Assembly: GCA_043228905.1 (NCBI GenBank)
Contig: JBHGNT010000002.1
Location: 2,480,001-2,544,000, forward strand
DNA length: 64,000 bases
DNA from: Azolla caroliniana
Lineage: Eukaryota; Plantae; Polypodiophyta
Reading direction: 5' to 3'
Made by a program: the position numbers and the translations under genes. The notes beneath the pieces are model-generated. The model saw only the letters and a list, made by a program, of their open reading frames with translations, was not told the DNA's origin and ran no database searches. Positions 39,906-51,777 of the stretch are shown in pieces; position 1 is the first letter of the stretch, and each line of letters begins with the position of its first letter.

Positions 39906-42900
39906 TTAAAAAATCATTGTATTTTGTCTTTCCTTGAATTTATATTCAAAAGTTATTTTGCCAAGTTCCATATTCCCTGACTTCCAACATGCGCTCAGTA
40001 TTGAATGCCATACTGCAGAATCGGGATAGAATGGTAATTTCTTCAGCACAGATTGAGCTTCATCAAGGTGGCCTACATGGGCAAGAAGATCAATCATGCA
40101 AGTGTGATGCTGAAGAGTTGGATCAATACCAAAGTCTTTGCTCATGGCTTCAAAGTACCTTGTGCCCTTTGCTATCAAACCCAAGTGACTACATACATTT
40201 AGAATAACAACAAATGTGATTGCGTCTGGCTGATTTCCTCCTTCTCTCATTCTATTAAATATAACAAAAACTTGTTTACTTTCCCCTGTTTGTGCATATC
40301 CAGAAATCAAAGAATTCCATGAAAAAATATCTCTACAAGGGAGCTTATCAAACAATTCCTGTGCCTTCAACAAGGATCCACATTTTGCATACATGTCTAC
40401 TAGTGCATTACCAACCAGTATGTCTTTTTCCAACAGCCCTCTCATTGAAATCTCACCGTATATTTCAGTACCTTTATCTTTAGCTCCAATTAAGCCACAA
40501 GCTTTCAAGCTGCAAAGATATGTAACATTGTCTGGGCAAATGCCTTCCACTTCCATCTTTTCCAAACACTTCAATACGTCCTCATTGTATTCGTGTGCCA
40601 CATAACCTGTGATTAATGCATTCCATGAGATAATGTTTCTGGCTGGAAGCTTGTTAAACAGCTCCTGAGCCTTTGCAAGATAACCGCATTTTGCATACAT
40701 GTCAACCAATGTGTTGGCGAGAAAAATGTTGGTTTCCTGTAATAGTTTCTTTTCTCCAATATGAAGATGTATTTTCTGGCCCTTTTGTATGGCTCCCACA
40801 TTACCAAAGAGTTTCAAGATGCAGGCATATGTTGTTATGTCAGGGGAAACTCCCTCGATCTGCATGTGTTCAAAGCAATTTGATGCTTCATTCTCCTGGT
40901 TACATGCAGAGTATCCTGAGATCAGGGCATTCCACAAAACTGTGTCTCGGACTGGAAGGTTATCAAACACATCTTGTGCGTTTGAAAGTAACCCACACTT
41001 GGCATACATATTGACTAGTGCACATCCTATAAAAACATCTCTTTCCAATAACCCATTTTTGGCAATCTCTGTAAAGTACTCTTCACCCTTATTTCCCGCC
41101 CCTACACTAATACAAGCATTCAAGCTGCAAGCCATTGTAATGATATCTGGAGAATTTCCTTCCAGTTGCATTTGTTCAAAACACTTTAAAGCTTCTTTTC
41201 CAAAGTTTTGTTTGGTGTACCCTGTGATTAGTGTAGTCCACGATACGACATCTCGAACTAAAAGCTTATCAAATACTTCTTGTGCCTCTGCAAGCATGCC
41301 CCATTTAACATACATACCAATCAATGCGTTGCTAACGATCTGGTCTTCTTCTAATAATCCTTTCTTAATGATCTCCCCATGGATCTCCCTGCCTTTCTCC
41401 ATATTTATAATGCTACCACAAGCTTTCAAGCAGTGGGCAAATGTAATAGAATTTGGAGATAATCCCTCGAGTTCCATCTGATTGAAACAATCAAGCACCT
41501 TTCCACACTCATGTGTAGCATATCCTCCAATTAATGTATTCCAAAGGATAACATCTCGGATTGGAAGCACATTAAAGACTTCTCGAGCTTTTAAAAGGTG
41601 CCCAAATTTAACATACATATCCACTAATGTGCTCCCGAGTACAAGATTCATTGACACCAAGCCTCTTCTTGAGACATCAGCATGTATTTGGATACCCATT
41701 AGCTCATCTTGAGTGCTTCCACAAGCCTTCAGTATAGAAACGTATGTAACAACATCAGGCGAAACCCCTGCAAGCCGCATCTCCTTGAAATAAAGAAGAG
41801 CTCCGTCAAACTGTTCAAGGTCAGCATATCCTGAGATCAATGCATTCCATGAACTAATATCTCGTACTCTCAATATATTAAAGACTTCTTTTGCCTTTGC
41901 AAGAGAACCACATTTCGCATACATATCGATCAAAGCATTGCCGATTATAAGGTTTCTTTCTACTAACCATTTCCTGACAATATTATCATGAACTTCTATA
42001 CCTTTATCGATATCTCTCACCAACCCACACAATTTCAAGATGCAAACATAAGTGACACTATTTGGACTAAAACCTTCAAGTTCCATTTCCTCAAAGCATT
42101 TAAATGCCATTTCGGCCTTCTCGTGTTTGGTATATCCAGTAATGATTGTATTCCATGAAATTATGTCTCGGATTTTAAGATTCTCAAACACTTCATTAGC
42201 TTTTTCCAGCATTCCACACCTTGCATACATATCGATCAATGCATTTCCAACGATAAGGTTAGATACTAATAACCCTTTGCTTCCTATAGCCACTTCTAAT
42301 TCTCTTCCCTTTTCTACATCTCCAATGCTACCACAAGCTTTCAAGCTACTGACGTATGTGATAGCATCAGGGGAAACTCCATCAATTTGCATTAATTCTA
42401 AACAGTCTAATGCTTTTTCACCATCTTCATCTCTAGCATATCCTATAATCAATGAGTTCCAAGATACTACATCTCTAACAGGAATCTGATCGAATACTTC
42501 TTGTGCTGTTCTAAGCATACCACATTTAGCATACATATTGACCATGGCATTACCAAGAAATGATAGTAGACCTTTCTTAGAAACGACATCATCATACAAT
42601 GAATAACTCGTTTCCCTATCTTTCAACTCTGTACAAACCTTAACCAATGATAGCAAATCATACTTGTCAAGGATGAAATCATTTTTCTTTCTTAATTCTT
42701 TATATAATGCAATAGCATGCTTAAAATCACCCCATTTGATGAGATCCGATACAAGAGAGAACCTTAGATGTTCATTCAGATGAAGAAAAGTGTCCAAATC
42801 TTGCGGAAAATTTCCATTGAAGTCTAATAAAATGCAGATTAGTCTATCCTTTATCAATCTATGTCCTGATAGCCCACTTCTGAGAACATAGACAGTGAAG

Positions 42901-42971
42901 AAAGCTCGGAAAACGGGTTTTCTTTCAGTACAAAGATTGCATACTATGTTCTCAACAGAAGGATTTATCAT
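39906..42971 (-). CDS. PLS-class pentatricopeptide repeat protein with E-type C-terminus (putative organellar RNA-editing specificity factor), 1021 aa
   Basis: Eight ~102-aa P-L-S triplets marked by (V/I)xMYxK(C)G...RD(V/I)(V/I)SWN, ending in P2/L2/S2 (HHTCMIDLLAHVGHLDEA) and E1 (PDSAVWHSILSAC). No DYW domain. Intronless ORF. Confidence 0.93.
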   Translation of the reverse strand: MINPSVENIVCNLCTERKPVFRAFFTVYVLRSGLSGHRLIKDRLICILLDFNGNFPQDLDTFLHLNEHLRFSLVSDLIKWGDFKHAIALYKELRKKNDFILDKYDLLSLVKVCTELKDRETSYSLYDDVVSKKGLLSFLGNAMVNMYAKCGMLRTAQEVFDQIPVRDVVSWNSLIIGYARDEDGEKALDCLELMQIDGVSPDAITYVSSLKACGSIGDVEKGRELEVAIGSKGLLVSNLIVGNALIDMYARCGMLEKANEVFENLKIRDIISWNTIITGYTKHEKAEMAFKCFEEMELEGFSPNSVTYVCILKLCGLVRDIDKGIEVHDNIVRKWLVERNLIIGNALIDMYAKCGSLAKAKEVFNILRVRDISSWNALISGYADLEQFDGALLYFKEMRLAGVSPDVVTYVSILKACGSTQDELMGIQIHADVSRRGLVSMNLVLGSTLVDMYVKFGHLLKAREVFNVLPIRDVILWNTLIGGYATHECGKVLDCFNQMELEGLSPNSITFAHCLKACGSIINMEKGREIHGEIIKKGLLEEDQIVSNALIGMYVKWGMLAEAQEVFDKLLVRDVVSWTTLITGYTKQNFGKEALKCFEQMQLEGNSPDIITMACSLNACISVGAGNKGEEYFTEIAKNGLLERDVFIGCALVNMYAKCGLLSNAQDVFDNLPVRDTVLWNALISGYSACNQENEASNCFEHMQIEGVSPDITTYACILKLFGNVGAIQKGQKIHLHIGEKKLLQETNIFLANTLVDMYAKCGYLAKAQELFNKLPARNIISWNALITGYVAHEYNEDVLKCLEKMEVEGICPDNVTYLCSLKACGLIGAKDKGTEIYGEISMRGLLEKDILVGNALVDMYAKCGSLLKAQELFDKLPCRDIFSWNSLISGYAQTGESKQVFVIFNRMREGGNQPDAITFVVILNVCSHLGLIAKGTRYFEAMSKDFGIDPTLQHHTCMIDLLAHVGHLDEAQSVLKKLPFYPDSAVWHSILSACWKSGNMELGKITFEYKFKERQNTMIF

Positions 42972-43677
42972 AGCTTATCTTCTTCTTCTTCTTCTTCTTC
43001 TTCGTTTTCTTGTTTGTTAGATCAGATATATCGGTGATGAAGACATTTTCTTCGTTTTTTCCACCAGTAGAAGAAGGAAGGATCCATGGCGAGAGCTCCG
43101 ACATAGAAGAACCAAAACAAGGTTCTGTAAGTATTTGGGGCATTTGAGGAAATTGCGAAAATACTGAGGGCGGATGCAGGGGAATAAAAACAAAACAAAC
43201 AAGTCAGGGGCAGTTTCCATTACTATAATTCTCAGATTGAGACGCATTCGATTGATGTAGGCTTATTAAAATTTGACAATCTAATTATCACAATTAACCG
43301 TGGATTAATCTGTGATTACCCATGCAAATGAGCTCTCCCTTATACTTGTTTGCTATTAATCAAACTTTTGATGGCTTCTTTTTGGGTAAATTTCCATAAG
43401 ATGTTTAACTCTTATCTAAAAGAGAATACACCAAACTCAAATTTGAGGTTTTGTATATTTACAAGAGATACCCCCTTGGCTTTTAAAAAATGACGAGAAT
43501 TCCTTTCAAACTTTGGAAAACGTAAGCATGACACGAGATCCTTTACACGAAGATAACTGTACAACTGTCTTGAAAGGCAGCTCTAGGGATGTTCAGAAGA
43601 GATCTATGAGATGGTGATTGTAATATTTTGGAATAGTCGTCCATACATAATCTATCAAGTGAATGTAAAGATCTTTG

Positions 43678-43829
43678 ATTGATGAAGAAAAGTGAAGACA
43701 TGGTTACAAATTACTTGGCCTTTTTACCTAGAGGATTGATGAAGAAAAGTGAAGACACGGTTACAAATCACTTGGGCTTTTTGCACAGAGAATTAATGAA
43801 GAAAAGTGAAGAAATAGTTACAAATTACT
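43678..43829. repeat. ~2.6 copies of a 57-bp tandem repeat
   Basis: ATGAAGAAAAGTGAAGA...GTTACAAAT recurs near 43682, 43739 and 43796. Confidence 0.85.
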
Positions 43830-45343
43830 CTTGCTAGACTCGATCGGGCCCCAAGACTGAACTACTCTTTAGGAGGAGATAAATGAGTGATTCATTCAGA
43901 TGAGGTCTAATGGCGATTCAATCTCCCATTCACTCGTGGGATTTGGGCAATCCAAGAACTGATAATTGGCAACAGACACAAGAACCTATGCATCCTCATT
44001 GATGTGCGTATGGCTAGCGCTAGAGCACCAGCTAATGAATTTCACGCCAGATGTGAGAGACAGCACCTAATAACGCATTTTCATAAGCCAGGAACTATGA
44101 TATCACCCAAAAAATTTTAAACTAAATGTATGTTCTAACAAAATTGCACAAAGAACCATGAAGTGCATTTACTGAGCATTCAAATACAAATCAATTTAAC
44201 ACTATCGCTTAACATTGCTGCCCATAGACTGAAAATGGCCTCACCAATAGGGTGTAGCCAATACAAGAACAGCTTACAATACAGTCTCAATTATAAGTGA
44301 AAAAACTAGTTGTAATTACTTTGACATACAGTTTTCCAAGTGTCTTAAAGCATTAAAGGCATGATATCACACTCAATCATTCACATGTGCTAAATGTTTT
44401 CTGCTTTCACAAGTTCAATTGGGTTGAGAAAATAGCATCATGTAATATGGCACAGCCTAGATTGTTAACAAGTGTGTTCCATGTAGCACACTTTACAAAT
44501 CGCTTCACTAACCAGCTTCACATGTATAATGTCCTTCCAGTACATGTTTGCATGCATTTTACAAACATAAATATCCATATACATCAGTATATATATATAT
44601 ACATAACCAACTTCTATCTAATGAAGAAACATTTATTTAGTAAAGATAACTAAATGGCATCACCTTTCTACATTTGTACAAAACACAGCAAAAGTTCAAA
44701 TTTTGGCGCATTGGAAATAAATATTCAATCATAAAACGTTTAACTTCTCCTGGAAATGCATCAGAATTCAGGATCATAAGTAAAAAACAAGTGGCTTGTA
44801 TGTGATTTCTTTATGACAGAACATTCAGGTCCATGATGACAACCATACATGCCTAATCTAGTATACAAGGAAAAATCCTGGAAGAAATGGTTTTCACCAG
44901 GCAGAAGTAAATATGCTGACCATGTACAGACAGTTCATTACTAGTTTACAATCGTTAAGGGAAAGACCCAAAATTAAGAGGTCTCTCACTCGCTTGCCCT
45001 CTCACACATACTCTCAAATGCTACAGAGCTATCGAAGGGTCAAATAGGTTAGTATGAAGGCAACTTTTTAAGCATTGTTGTGAATGAAGGGTTAAGTCTG
45101 TATGGGACTTCCATTCAAAATTGGAAAAAAAATTATGACCTGGTTCAATGATGCTGATTGTTTTCTTTTCCACCATTCCCATCATAAAGTCAGTAGAAAG
45201 TTCATCTCATCGAGGTAGAGCCTGAATGATGTCTTGTCGATGATGATGATGGGTATGCCATAAAGAACATCACATTTGGTACTTCATAACTATATTGATC
45301 TCAAAACAATTAAAACATAAATCGCCATCAAAATGCGGTCTTG

Positions 45344-47656
45344 TTAATAATTGAATCCGGACGGATCTATTAGATTAGAGGGAACTGCGGCTGGATCTAG
45401 CTCCCAACAGCATTTCGGGATACCTGGAGCTTCATCCCCATTGAGCTTATAAGCAGGTACTTGGTGAGAGAATCTAAGCATTTCCGCGAATGGTACCTGC
45501 ATGATCTTTTCACTACTAAGTTGGAAAATAGTCTTAAAACCCTTCACTTTTTGCAGTAGCACTACTGTAACCCCTGTTTCATCATTGCAATCACTAACAA
45601 CCTCTACCATGCAATACTTTAAAGGTGCATCAGTGACCTTAACCACACTTTGCCCTGGTTCCCAATCACCATATATACTCCAGATGTCGCCTTTCTTCGG
45701 ATAGATTTTGACTATACCTTTGCTTCCCTTTTCCCATTTCACAAGATGCGAGAAAGAGTTCACACTATCCATCACCTGACTCGATGAAACCCTAAACTCT
45801 CCACATGTGAATGAGAAACCCATATCCAACAAGTCATAAAGCTCTTCAGGAGGTTTCCGCAACTCAAACCATCCAATCAAAACTTTGAAAGGAGTTCGGG
45901 ATCGCACTTCCCTAACCTTCACATAGTACTTGGGCATACCATCCTTCTCATCATACAAAGCCCATATCTGTCCAACTTCCACATCCTTCTCTTCTCTGCC
46001 TTCATCAAAATTATGGAAATCTGCATCAGGCACTGAGCAACTTGCTAAAACTCCATCTTCTTTATCAGAACTAATGCACTGTTCTTTCTTTACCTCACTG
46101 GAGGGTTGATGCTTCTTCTCTATCTCTGGAGCAGAAGTCAAGTTTTTCTTTTCATCCCTACTGAAAGTCGGTGTAACTGTATTGGTCTTTCCTGCTTGCA
46201 AGTTGAGCTGCATTCTTATAGCATTCTTTGCAATATCTGCAAGCCTTTTGGTCATATCCATGTCTTTCAGAACCCCCTGCTTCATGTTTCCAGAATCCAT
46301 TTCAACTCTCAATTTCTTGCCAGGGCACAAGTCTTGAAAATCTTCATCACTTCTACTGGCATTGTAACCAGCACTCCTCTTATAGCCAGTAGAAAAAGCT
46401 TTTCCATTTTCACCACTTACTACTTTAATCACACACTCATCTTCCTCATCTGACTCACTACCACTTGCGTTTTTCTGCTTTTTGGCAAGCTTGTTCTTCA
46501 ATTTCGAAGAAGCGTGATCTTTTCTGAACATAGCTTTAGCCATAGTTTCCTGTGCTCTCTCAGCCATCTTTGCTTTTTTCATCAGTTCTTTCTGAATCTC
46601 TCTAGCCTTCCGAAGCTCTTCTATCTTCCTGTAAAGCTCTTTTTCAGCCTCAGCTTTGGCTCCAGAACACCCTCCCATTCCATAAACCGAATTATTAGCA
46701 TCAGAAACTCCACCATTCTTCGCAGAAACATCTGAAGAAAAACCCATTGTATTGGCTGGATTCGGAACACTACCATGTATGCCTGATGCTCCACCATTAA
46801 CAAAAGTATTAGCCATGTTGAACCCTGATGTTCCGTAATTTGTAGAGATGTAAGAATTACTAGAATGCCATGACTGTGAACCTGGCGGAGAACCAGGCAA
46901 GCTTCCGTGAGGAGGCCATGCCTGGGTAACATTCACCTTCAGCACATTTGAGAGGTCTTTGGCAATAAAAGGCTTCCGACACTGGGGACATAACAAGTTC
47001 TGATTCTCATACTTCCTATAGTATTGATACCTCATTTGGCATGACGAACAAGCTGTCCAGAAAGTGAAAAGATGAACAGCGGCATGAACAGGAGCCGTCG
47101 GATGATTCTGAGGATATTGTTGGTTTACATTGTTGCAGACATTAAAATGGATGTTTCCCTCAGCATAACTTTTATGTTTCTGGGAAGGAACTTGATGAGA
47201 AGAAGCCTGGGACTGTTGCATACCAGTAGAACTCTGAGCTGATGCATTACTGTGAAACCCCCTCTTTGCATCATATACGAGGCGTTTCACCTTGTCAGAA
47301 AGCACTTGTAAAGCTTCCCCGATGAGCTTAAAGGCTGATTCAGCCCCAACCGATTTGTTCTTGTCAGGATGAAGAAATAAAGCAAGTTTTCTGTACTGTT
47401 TCTTCACAGAAGCATCATCAGCAGTGGGTTCAATTTGCAAGATTCCATACCAATCTTTCTCATCAGTAGATGTAAGTTTCGTCTGAGCCGCCACATGGAC
47501 ATCTAAGACAGCGATCATCTGTGCAATATTCTCCAAATCAGGAAATAGCTGCTGAGCTTTAATCGCAAACTTTCTTGCGGAAACATAGTCTTTAGATGCG
47601 AATTTCTGCTCTGCCACGACCCTTGCACGAACAGCTTCGTCTCTGTTACACTCCAT
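45344..47656 (-). CDS. DnaJ (J-domain) protein with zinc ribbon and DUF3444, about 770 aa
   Basis: MECNRDEAVRAR N-terminus, DWYGILQ...YRKLALFLHPDKNK J-domain with HPD motif, TFWTACSSC...CPQCRKPF zinc ribbon, and PDADFHNF...GQIWALYDEKDGMPKYY...FSHQVP...WELDPAA DUF3444. Single coding exon. Confidence 0.94.
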   Translation of the reverse strand: MECNRDEAVRARVVAEQKFASKDYVSARKFAIKAQQLFPDLENIAQMIAVLDVHVAAQTKLTSTDEKDWYGILQIEPTADDASVKKQYRKLALFLHPDKNKSVGAESAFKLIGEALQVLSDKVKRLVYDAKRGFHSNASAQSSTGMQQSQASSHQVPSQKHKSYAEGNIHFNVCNNVNQQYPQNHPTAPVHAAVHLFTFWTACSSCQMRYQYYRKYENQNLLCPQCRKPFIAKDLSNVLKVNVTQAWPPHGSLPGSPPGSQSWHSSNSYISTNYGTSGFNMANTFVNGGASGIHGSVPNPANTMGFSSDVSAKNGGVSDANNSVYGMGGCSGAKAEAEKELYRKIEELRKAREIQKELMKKAKMAERAQETMAKAMFRKDHASSKLKNKLAKKQKNASGSESDEEDECVIKVVSGENGKAFSTGYKRSAGYNASRSDEDFQDLCPGKKLRVEMDSGNMKQGVLKDMDMTKRLADIAKNAIRMQLNLQAGKTNTVTPTFSRDEKKNLTSAPEIEKKHQPSSEVKKEQCISSDKEDGVLASCSVPDADFHNFDEGREEKDVEVGQIWALYDEKDGMPKYYVKVREVRSRTPFKVLIGWFELRKPPEELYDLLDMGFSFTCGEFRVSSSQVMDSVNSFSHLVKWEKGSKGIVKIYPKKGDIWSIYGDWEPGQSVVKVTDAPLKYCMVEVVSDCNDETGVTVVLLQKVKGFKTIFQLSSEKIMQVPFAEMLRFSHQVPAYKLNGDEAPGIPKCCWELDPAAVPSNLIDPSGFNY

Positions 47657-47719
47657 AGCATGACCCCGTCTTGAATGAAAACACACACAGCTGGCTTTCC
47701 TTCCTCTTAGAACAAATTA

Positions 47720-48500
47720 CAAACCAGCTCCCTTTCTAGGAAACAAGAACCACAAGCTATTATCCTTTTCCTCAATCGAGAACTTCAACAAGCTTCCTTC
47801 TACCAAGACCCTAGAACTTTGTATTCTCTTTCTTCCACCAAGAACCTTGAACTATCTTTCTTTTCTAGCACGAACCTAAGACTTTCAAATATCTTTCGCA
47901 AAACAAGATCCTCAAACTAGCTTCTTTCTGCAAGCATGAATCTCAAACTAAGGACCTTCATGACCTAGCTTCCTTCTAGCAATGATTCAAATCCCAAACT
48001 AGTTCGATTTCAGCAAGAACCTAAGACTTTGAAGTAAACTTCTTCCAGCAAGAACCAGAAACAAGCTTCCATCTTCAAACAATGTTGAGCTGGCTTCTTT
48101 CTAACGAGAATTATTCTGCTTTTAACTAGCTCTATTTCTACAAGAACCTAAGGATTTGAATAAGCTTCCTTCTTTCAACAAAAACCTTGAATACAATCTT
48201 TCCTTCTAGCAAGGAATTATACCTTGAACTCTCTTCATTTCCACTAGAAACTCAAATTTCCGACTAGCTTCCTTCTTCCAGCAAAAACCTCAAGCATGAT
48301 TTCTTATAGCAAGGATTTAAACCCCAAAGTAACTATCTTCAGAAATAAACCAAGATTTTGAACTAGCTTTCTTCCATCAAAAACCAAGACTTTGAACTAG
48401 CTTTCTTTCAGCAAAAAAACAAGATTTTTAGCTAGCTTTCTTCCTGTAAGAACCTTAAACCCTGAACTTAGTTCTCGTTCAGTAAGGAGCTTGAACGATT
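47720..48500. repeat. Degenerate minisatellite (~30-36 bp units) in the DnaJ 5' leader
   Basis: Many variants of GAACTAGCTTTCTTC(C/T)AGCAAGAACC(T)AAGACTTT, for example near 47850, 48010, 48140 and 48360-48430. Confidence 0.65.
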
Positions 48501-49250
48501 CTTCAAGAAGAATGAGGAAATGGAGGAAAACGGACACACAATGTGAAGTCTGTGAGGTTGAAGTCGGACTCCACAGCATGCAGAAGGAGCAAACGAGCTC
48601 ATACCTTAGAAGAAAATAGGCAGATCTCAGATTCCACACTGGCGGAGGAGACATGGAAACTGATTTCTGTGTCTGTGTGTCTGTGCCAGTATTGTACTCT
48701 GGGCTTCTCTGTGAAATGTGCAAAATTGAGAGAAAAAAAAATGAGAGCGGGAGGAGAAAAGGACTAACCTGCGAGGAGGAACAGAAACGGCAATGCCTGA
48801 GGGAGAGAGCGTGATTAGGGTTTGCAGCAGGGGCAATGGCGGAGCAGAGGAATCAAAAGCAAATATTAAAAGGAACTCCGTCGGTGTTCTTCCTTTCAGT
48901 CTGTGTGTCCGTCGATCGCTCGCTCCGACTGTGCGTTCTGCTCTCTCTCTCTCTCTCTCTCTCGCTCTCCCTTCTCCTTCTTCTTCTTCTTCTTTCTTCT
49001 TCTTCTTTCTTCTTCTGCAGCGAAAATGGATTTTTCCTTCTTCAGTTTTTTGCTTTTTCTCCTTTGCGTTCTTCTCTCGTCCCTTCCATTTCTCTTTCTT
49101 CCCCTAAACTTTTCTCTGTAACAACAACAACAAAAAAAAAACAACTAAAAACTAAACAAAATGAAAGAAGACGAAAAAAAAGCTTCGATTTTTTTGGCTA
49201 TGCGGACACCCCCCCCAAATCTCCCTCTCGAGTCTCTTTCTCTCTCTCGC

Positions 49251-49272
49251 CAAACCCTAACCCTAACCCTAA
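49251..49272. promoter_or_regulatory. Telo-box-like interstitial repeat AAACCCTAACCCTAACCCTAA
   Basis: Lies upstream of the DnaJ gene near GA/CT tracts. The AAACCCTA telo-box is a known plant promoter motif. Confidence 0.45.
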
Positions 49273-49500
49273 TGCCTCTTGATTGCCCCCTTCGAGTGCC
49301 TCGGACAAATTCGATCCTCTTCGCAGACGAAAAGACGAACAAAGAGAGAGAGAGAGAGAGAGGCATAGATCTAAAACCCATGATATGAGTCGTGCCTCTA
49401 CTCCGTCCGATGTTCTCACTGATGACAAGCTCGAAGAAAACAATAAAATTAAAGATCCCGTCAAGAAAGCCTCCGGCATTGGTTTGGTAGAATTACAAAC

Positions 49501-49551
<51 letters not shown>

Positions 49552-49566
49552 CAGACACACAGACAG

Positions 49567-49602
49567 GGATGGGTGACCTCCCGGGAAGTCTTGGTGTTGC
49601 AC
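49567..49602 (+). pseudogene. 5S rRNA-derived fragment (3' ~36 nt)
   Basis: GGATGGGTGACCTCCCGGGAAGTCTTGGTGTTGCAC closely matches the 3' third of plant 5S rRNA as recalled (GGATGGGTGACCTCCCGGGAAGTCCTCGTGTTGCA). Flanked by (GT)n and (CA)/(GA)n tracts. Confidence 0.8.
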
Positions 49603-49665
49603 AGTTAGAGAGAAAGATACACACACACATAGAGAGAGAGAGAGAGAGACAATAGGAGTTTTGAT

Positions 49666-49736
49666 GGATGTAGATCAGTTGGTAAAGTTGCACAATGGAG
49701 ACTACGAGGTCGTGGGTTCAACCCCGATATTCCACA
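49666..49736 (+). mobile_element. tRNA-derived sequence (SINE head or tRNA pseudogene)
   Basis: A-box-like TAGATCAGTTGG at 49671-49682 and B-box-like GGTTCAACCCC at 49715-49725 at tRNA spacing. GGATGT start and ATATTCCA end resemble acceptor-stem arms; anticodon arm is degenerate. Confidence 0.6.
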
Positions 49737-51738
49737 ATGGCATCTCGTAAATTTAGAGGATGTGTATGGAGTAATAAAGAGGAGAGAAAAACTGAGTTTC
49801 GAACCCAAGACATAATACCACTAAGGTAAGGTAATTCAAAACAAGGAAGGCCTAGTGTAAATGGACTCATCAAATGATGGATTTTTTATTTCTTCACTTT
49901 CCCAATTTTTTCAATTCTATGTCCCCACCCCACCTAGATGAGATCACTTTCTTCTTCTTCTTCTTCTTCTTCTTTCTCTTGAATCTCCCTAAGACCGCAT
50001 TCTATTGTTCGCCAACACGTTCATTCCTTCGTATGGGCTCGTCACCCCTTCATGTGATGCATGTGACCATGGCTTGCTCCAACCCCTGACTTCTGCATAC
50101 ATTTTGTTCAGGTTCTCCTAGTTCCCTTCCCCATGAGTTCGTCACCTCTTTCCAAGGGTGCATGCAATCATGCCTCATTCTTGCCCATCACTTTCACATC
50201 GCCTTTTGTTTAAAGGCATATCTCTTTCGAAGTGTTTCATTACTTGGCTTGACTTGTTTTGTCTAAGGTTGCATTTGATAGATCCTTTGAAAAATATCAA
50301 CCCCCTCCCCTTTTCTCTTTACAAAAACATTTAAGCTTGTTCTACTATTGGTTGTCTTCTAGATTCCTTCTATACCCGATATCTTTGATATTCACAACAA
50401 CCGCACAATAACAAAAACACAGTATATATCCAATGCAAATTTTGCCTTTTACAACACAATTTCATTAGGTCTTTGTTTTGTGTCTTTTTGCTATACTTGA
50501 TTGATATATGATCATACGTTGACTGCACCTTGACTTGACATACGTTCTATAGATGATGTAGGTTTTCACCTTGTGTGCACACGTTTAGAATTCCAATAAT
50601 GTAAGAAATACCGATTTTGAGAAAATATTATAGTTGTTGGACCTAGTACCTTCACATTCGTGAACTACTCAGTTTTGTTGTGATTATGTAGGTGAATGTA
50701 TTGCCTATGCTTTTTTTATAATACAAACCAAAACATAGTTTAAAGCTTTTTTTGCAAGTCAATATGCTTCCTCTTTTTATCTTCAATTTTCGTCCATTGA
50801 ATATTAATTAAGGCTTTCCACTAGTTTGTAGGGCCCACTTATCCCCTTATGTTGTTTTTCCCTAATCTAATCTCACGCCCTTCCTTCTATGCATATCCTC
50901 CATTACTTTCTTGAGTCCATTTTAAGTTATTTTGCAAAGATTGTTAGTAGAGAGAGAGAGGGAGAGAGGGAGAAACTTGATCGATGAGGAAAAGGCTCAA
51001 GTTACGTGACAAAAGTTTGTTGAAAATTTTGAATGTAAGCAACTTCCCACCCCGTCCCATACTTTGACTAGGTTTGTAGACCATGCCAAGTTTCTGTATG
51101 ATTGGGATAATTAGGAGATGTGTAGTTTTGTCTACAATCAATAACAAGGAACACATATGCCGCCTTTCTATAAGTTGTGTAGAACTACATCGAATGGCTA
51201 GCTACAAATATTCATGGAACTATCAAGGAGCTAGATTTCCAAGGTTGTACAACATGCACTACAAATCATTATCTTTAGCATGATAATAAAGCAAAGTGTT
51301 TGTTTCTATGTGTTATTCTCTTTAGTGAATGTTAAAATGGCACGATAATGATATTATATAAGAGTATAAAAGACGAAGTTTTAATATGAGTTTAAGATGA
51401 AGGGATGATTGTGATAATATCAAAAGGTATACCTTGTTGCATTGCCATCACAATACCGGTAGCAAAACACATGATTCTGACATAGAACTTCATCTTCTCT
51501 TTTCATTTGCATAAAGAGCAAAAAGTAAAAACATAATCCATAGAGGCTTCAATAATGACCTCATTTCTTATAAGGGAATTTCACAAAATGGGTTGGGATG
51601 AGCAGGAAACAACAACTTGGCTCACTTTAGAATCTAGATGTAAAAATGGGATTCAAATTCTGAACTTTTGTCCTTAGAGTTCATTAGTGTAAAGAATCGG
51701 TGAGGATTCTGTGCAGCAGAAGAGATATGCGCGCGCGC

Positions 51739-51777
<39 letters not shown>

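Noticed and set aside
33123-47656. HOP and DnaJ as a functional chaperone gene cluster
   Set aside because: They are separated by an unrelated PPR gene, and DUF3444 J-proteins are not canonical heat-shock Hsp40s; proximity is probably chance.
48793-49693. Several 70-150 aa ORFs around the DnaJ promoter
   Set aside because: Products are dominated by microsatellite translations (SLSL, ERER, THTH, CVCV).
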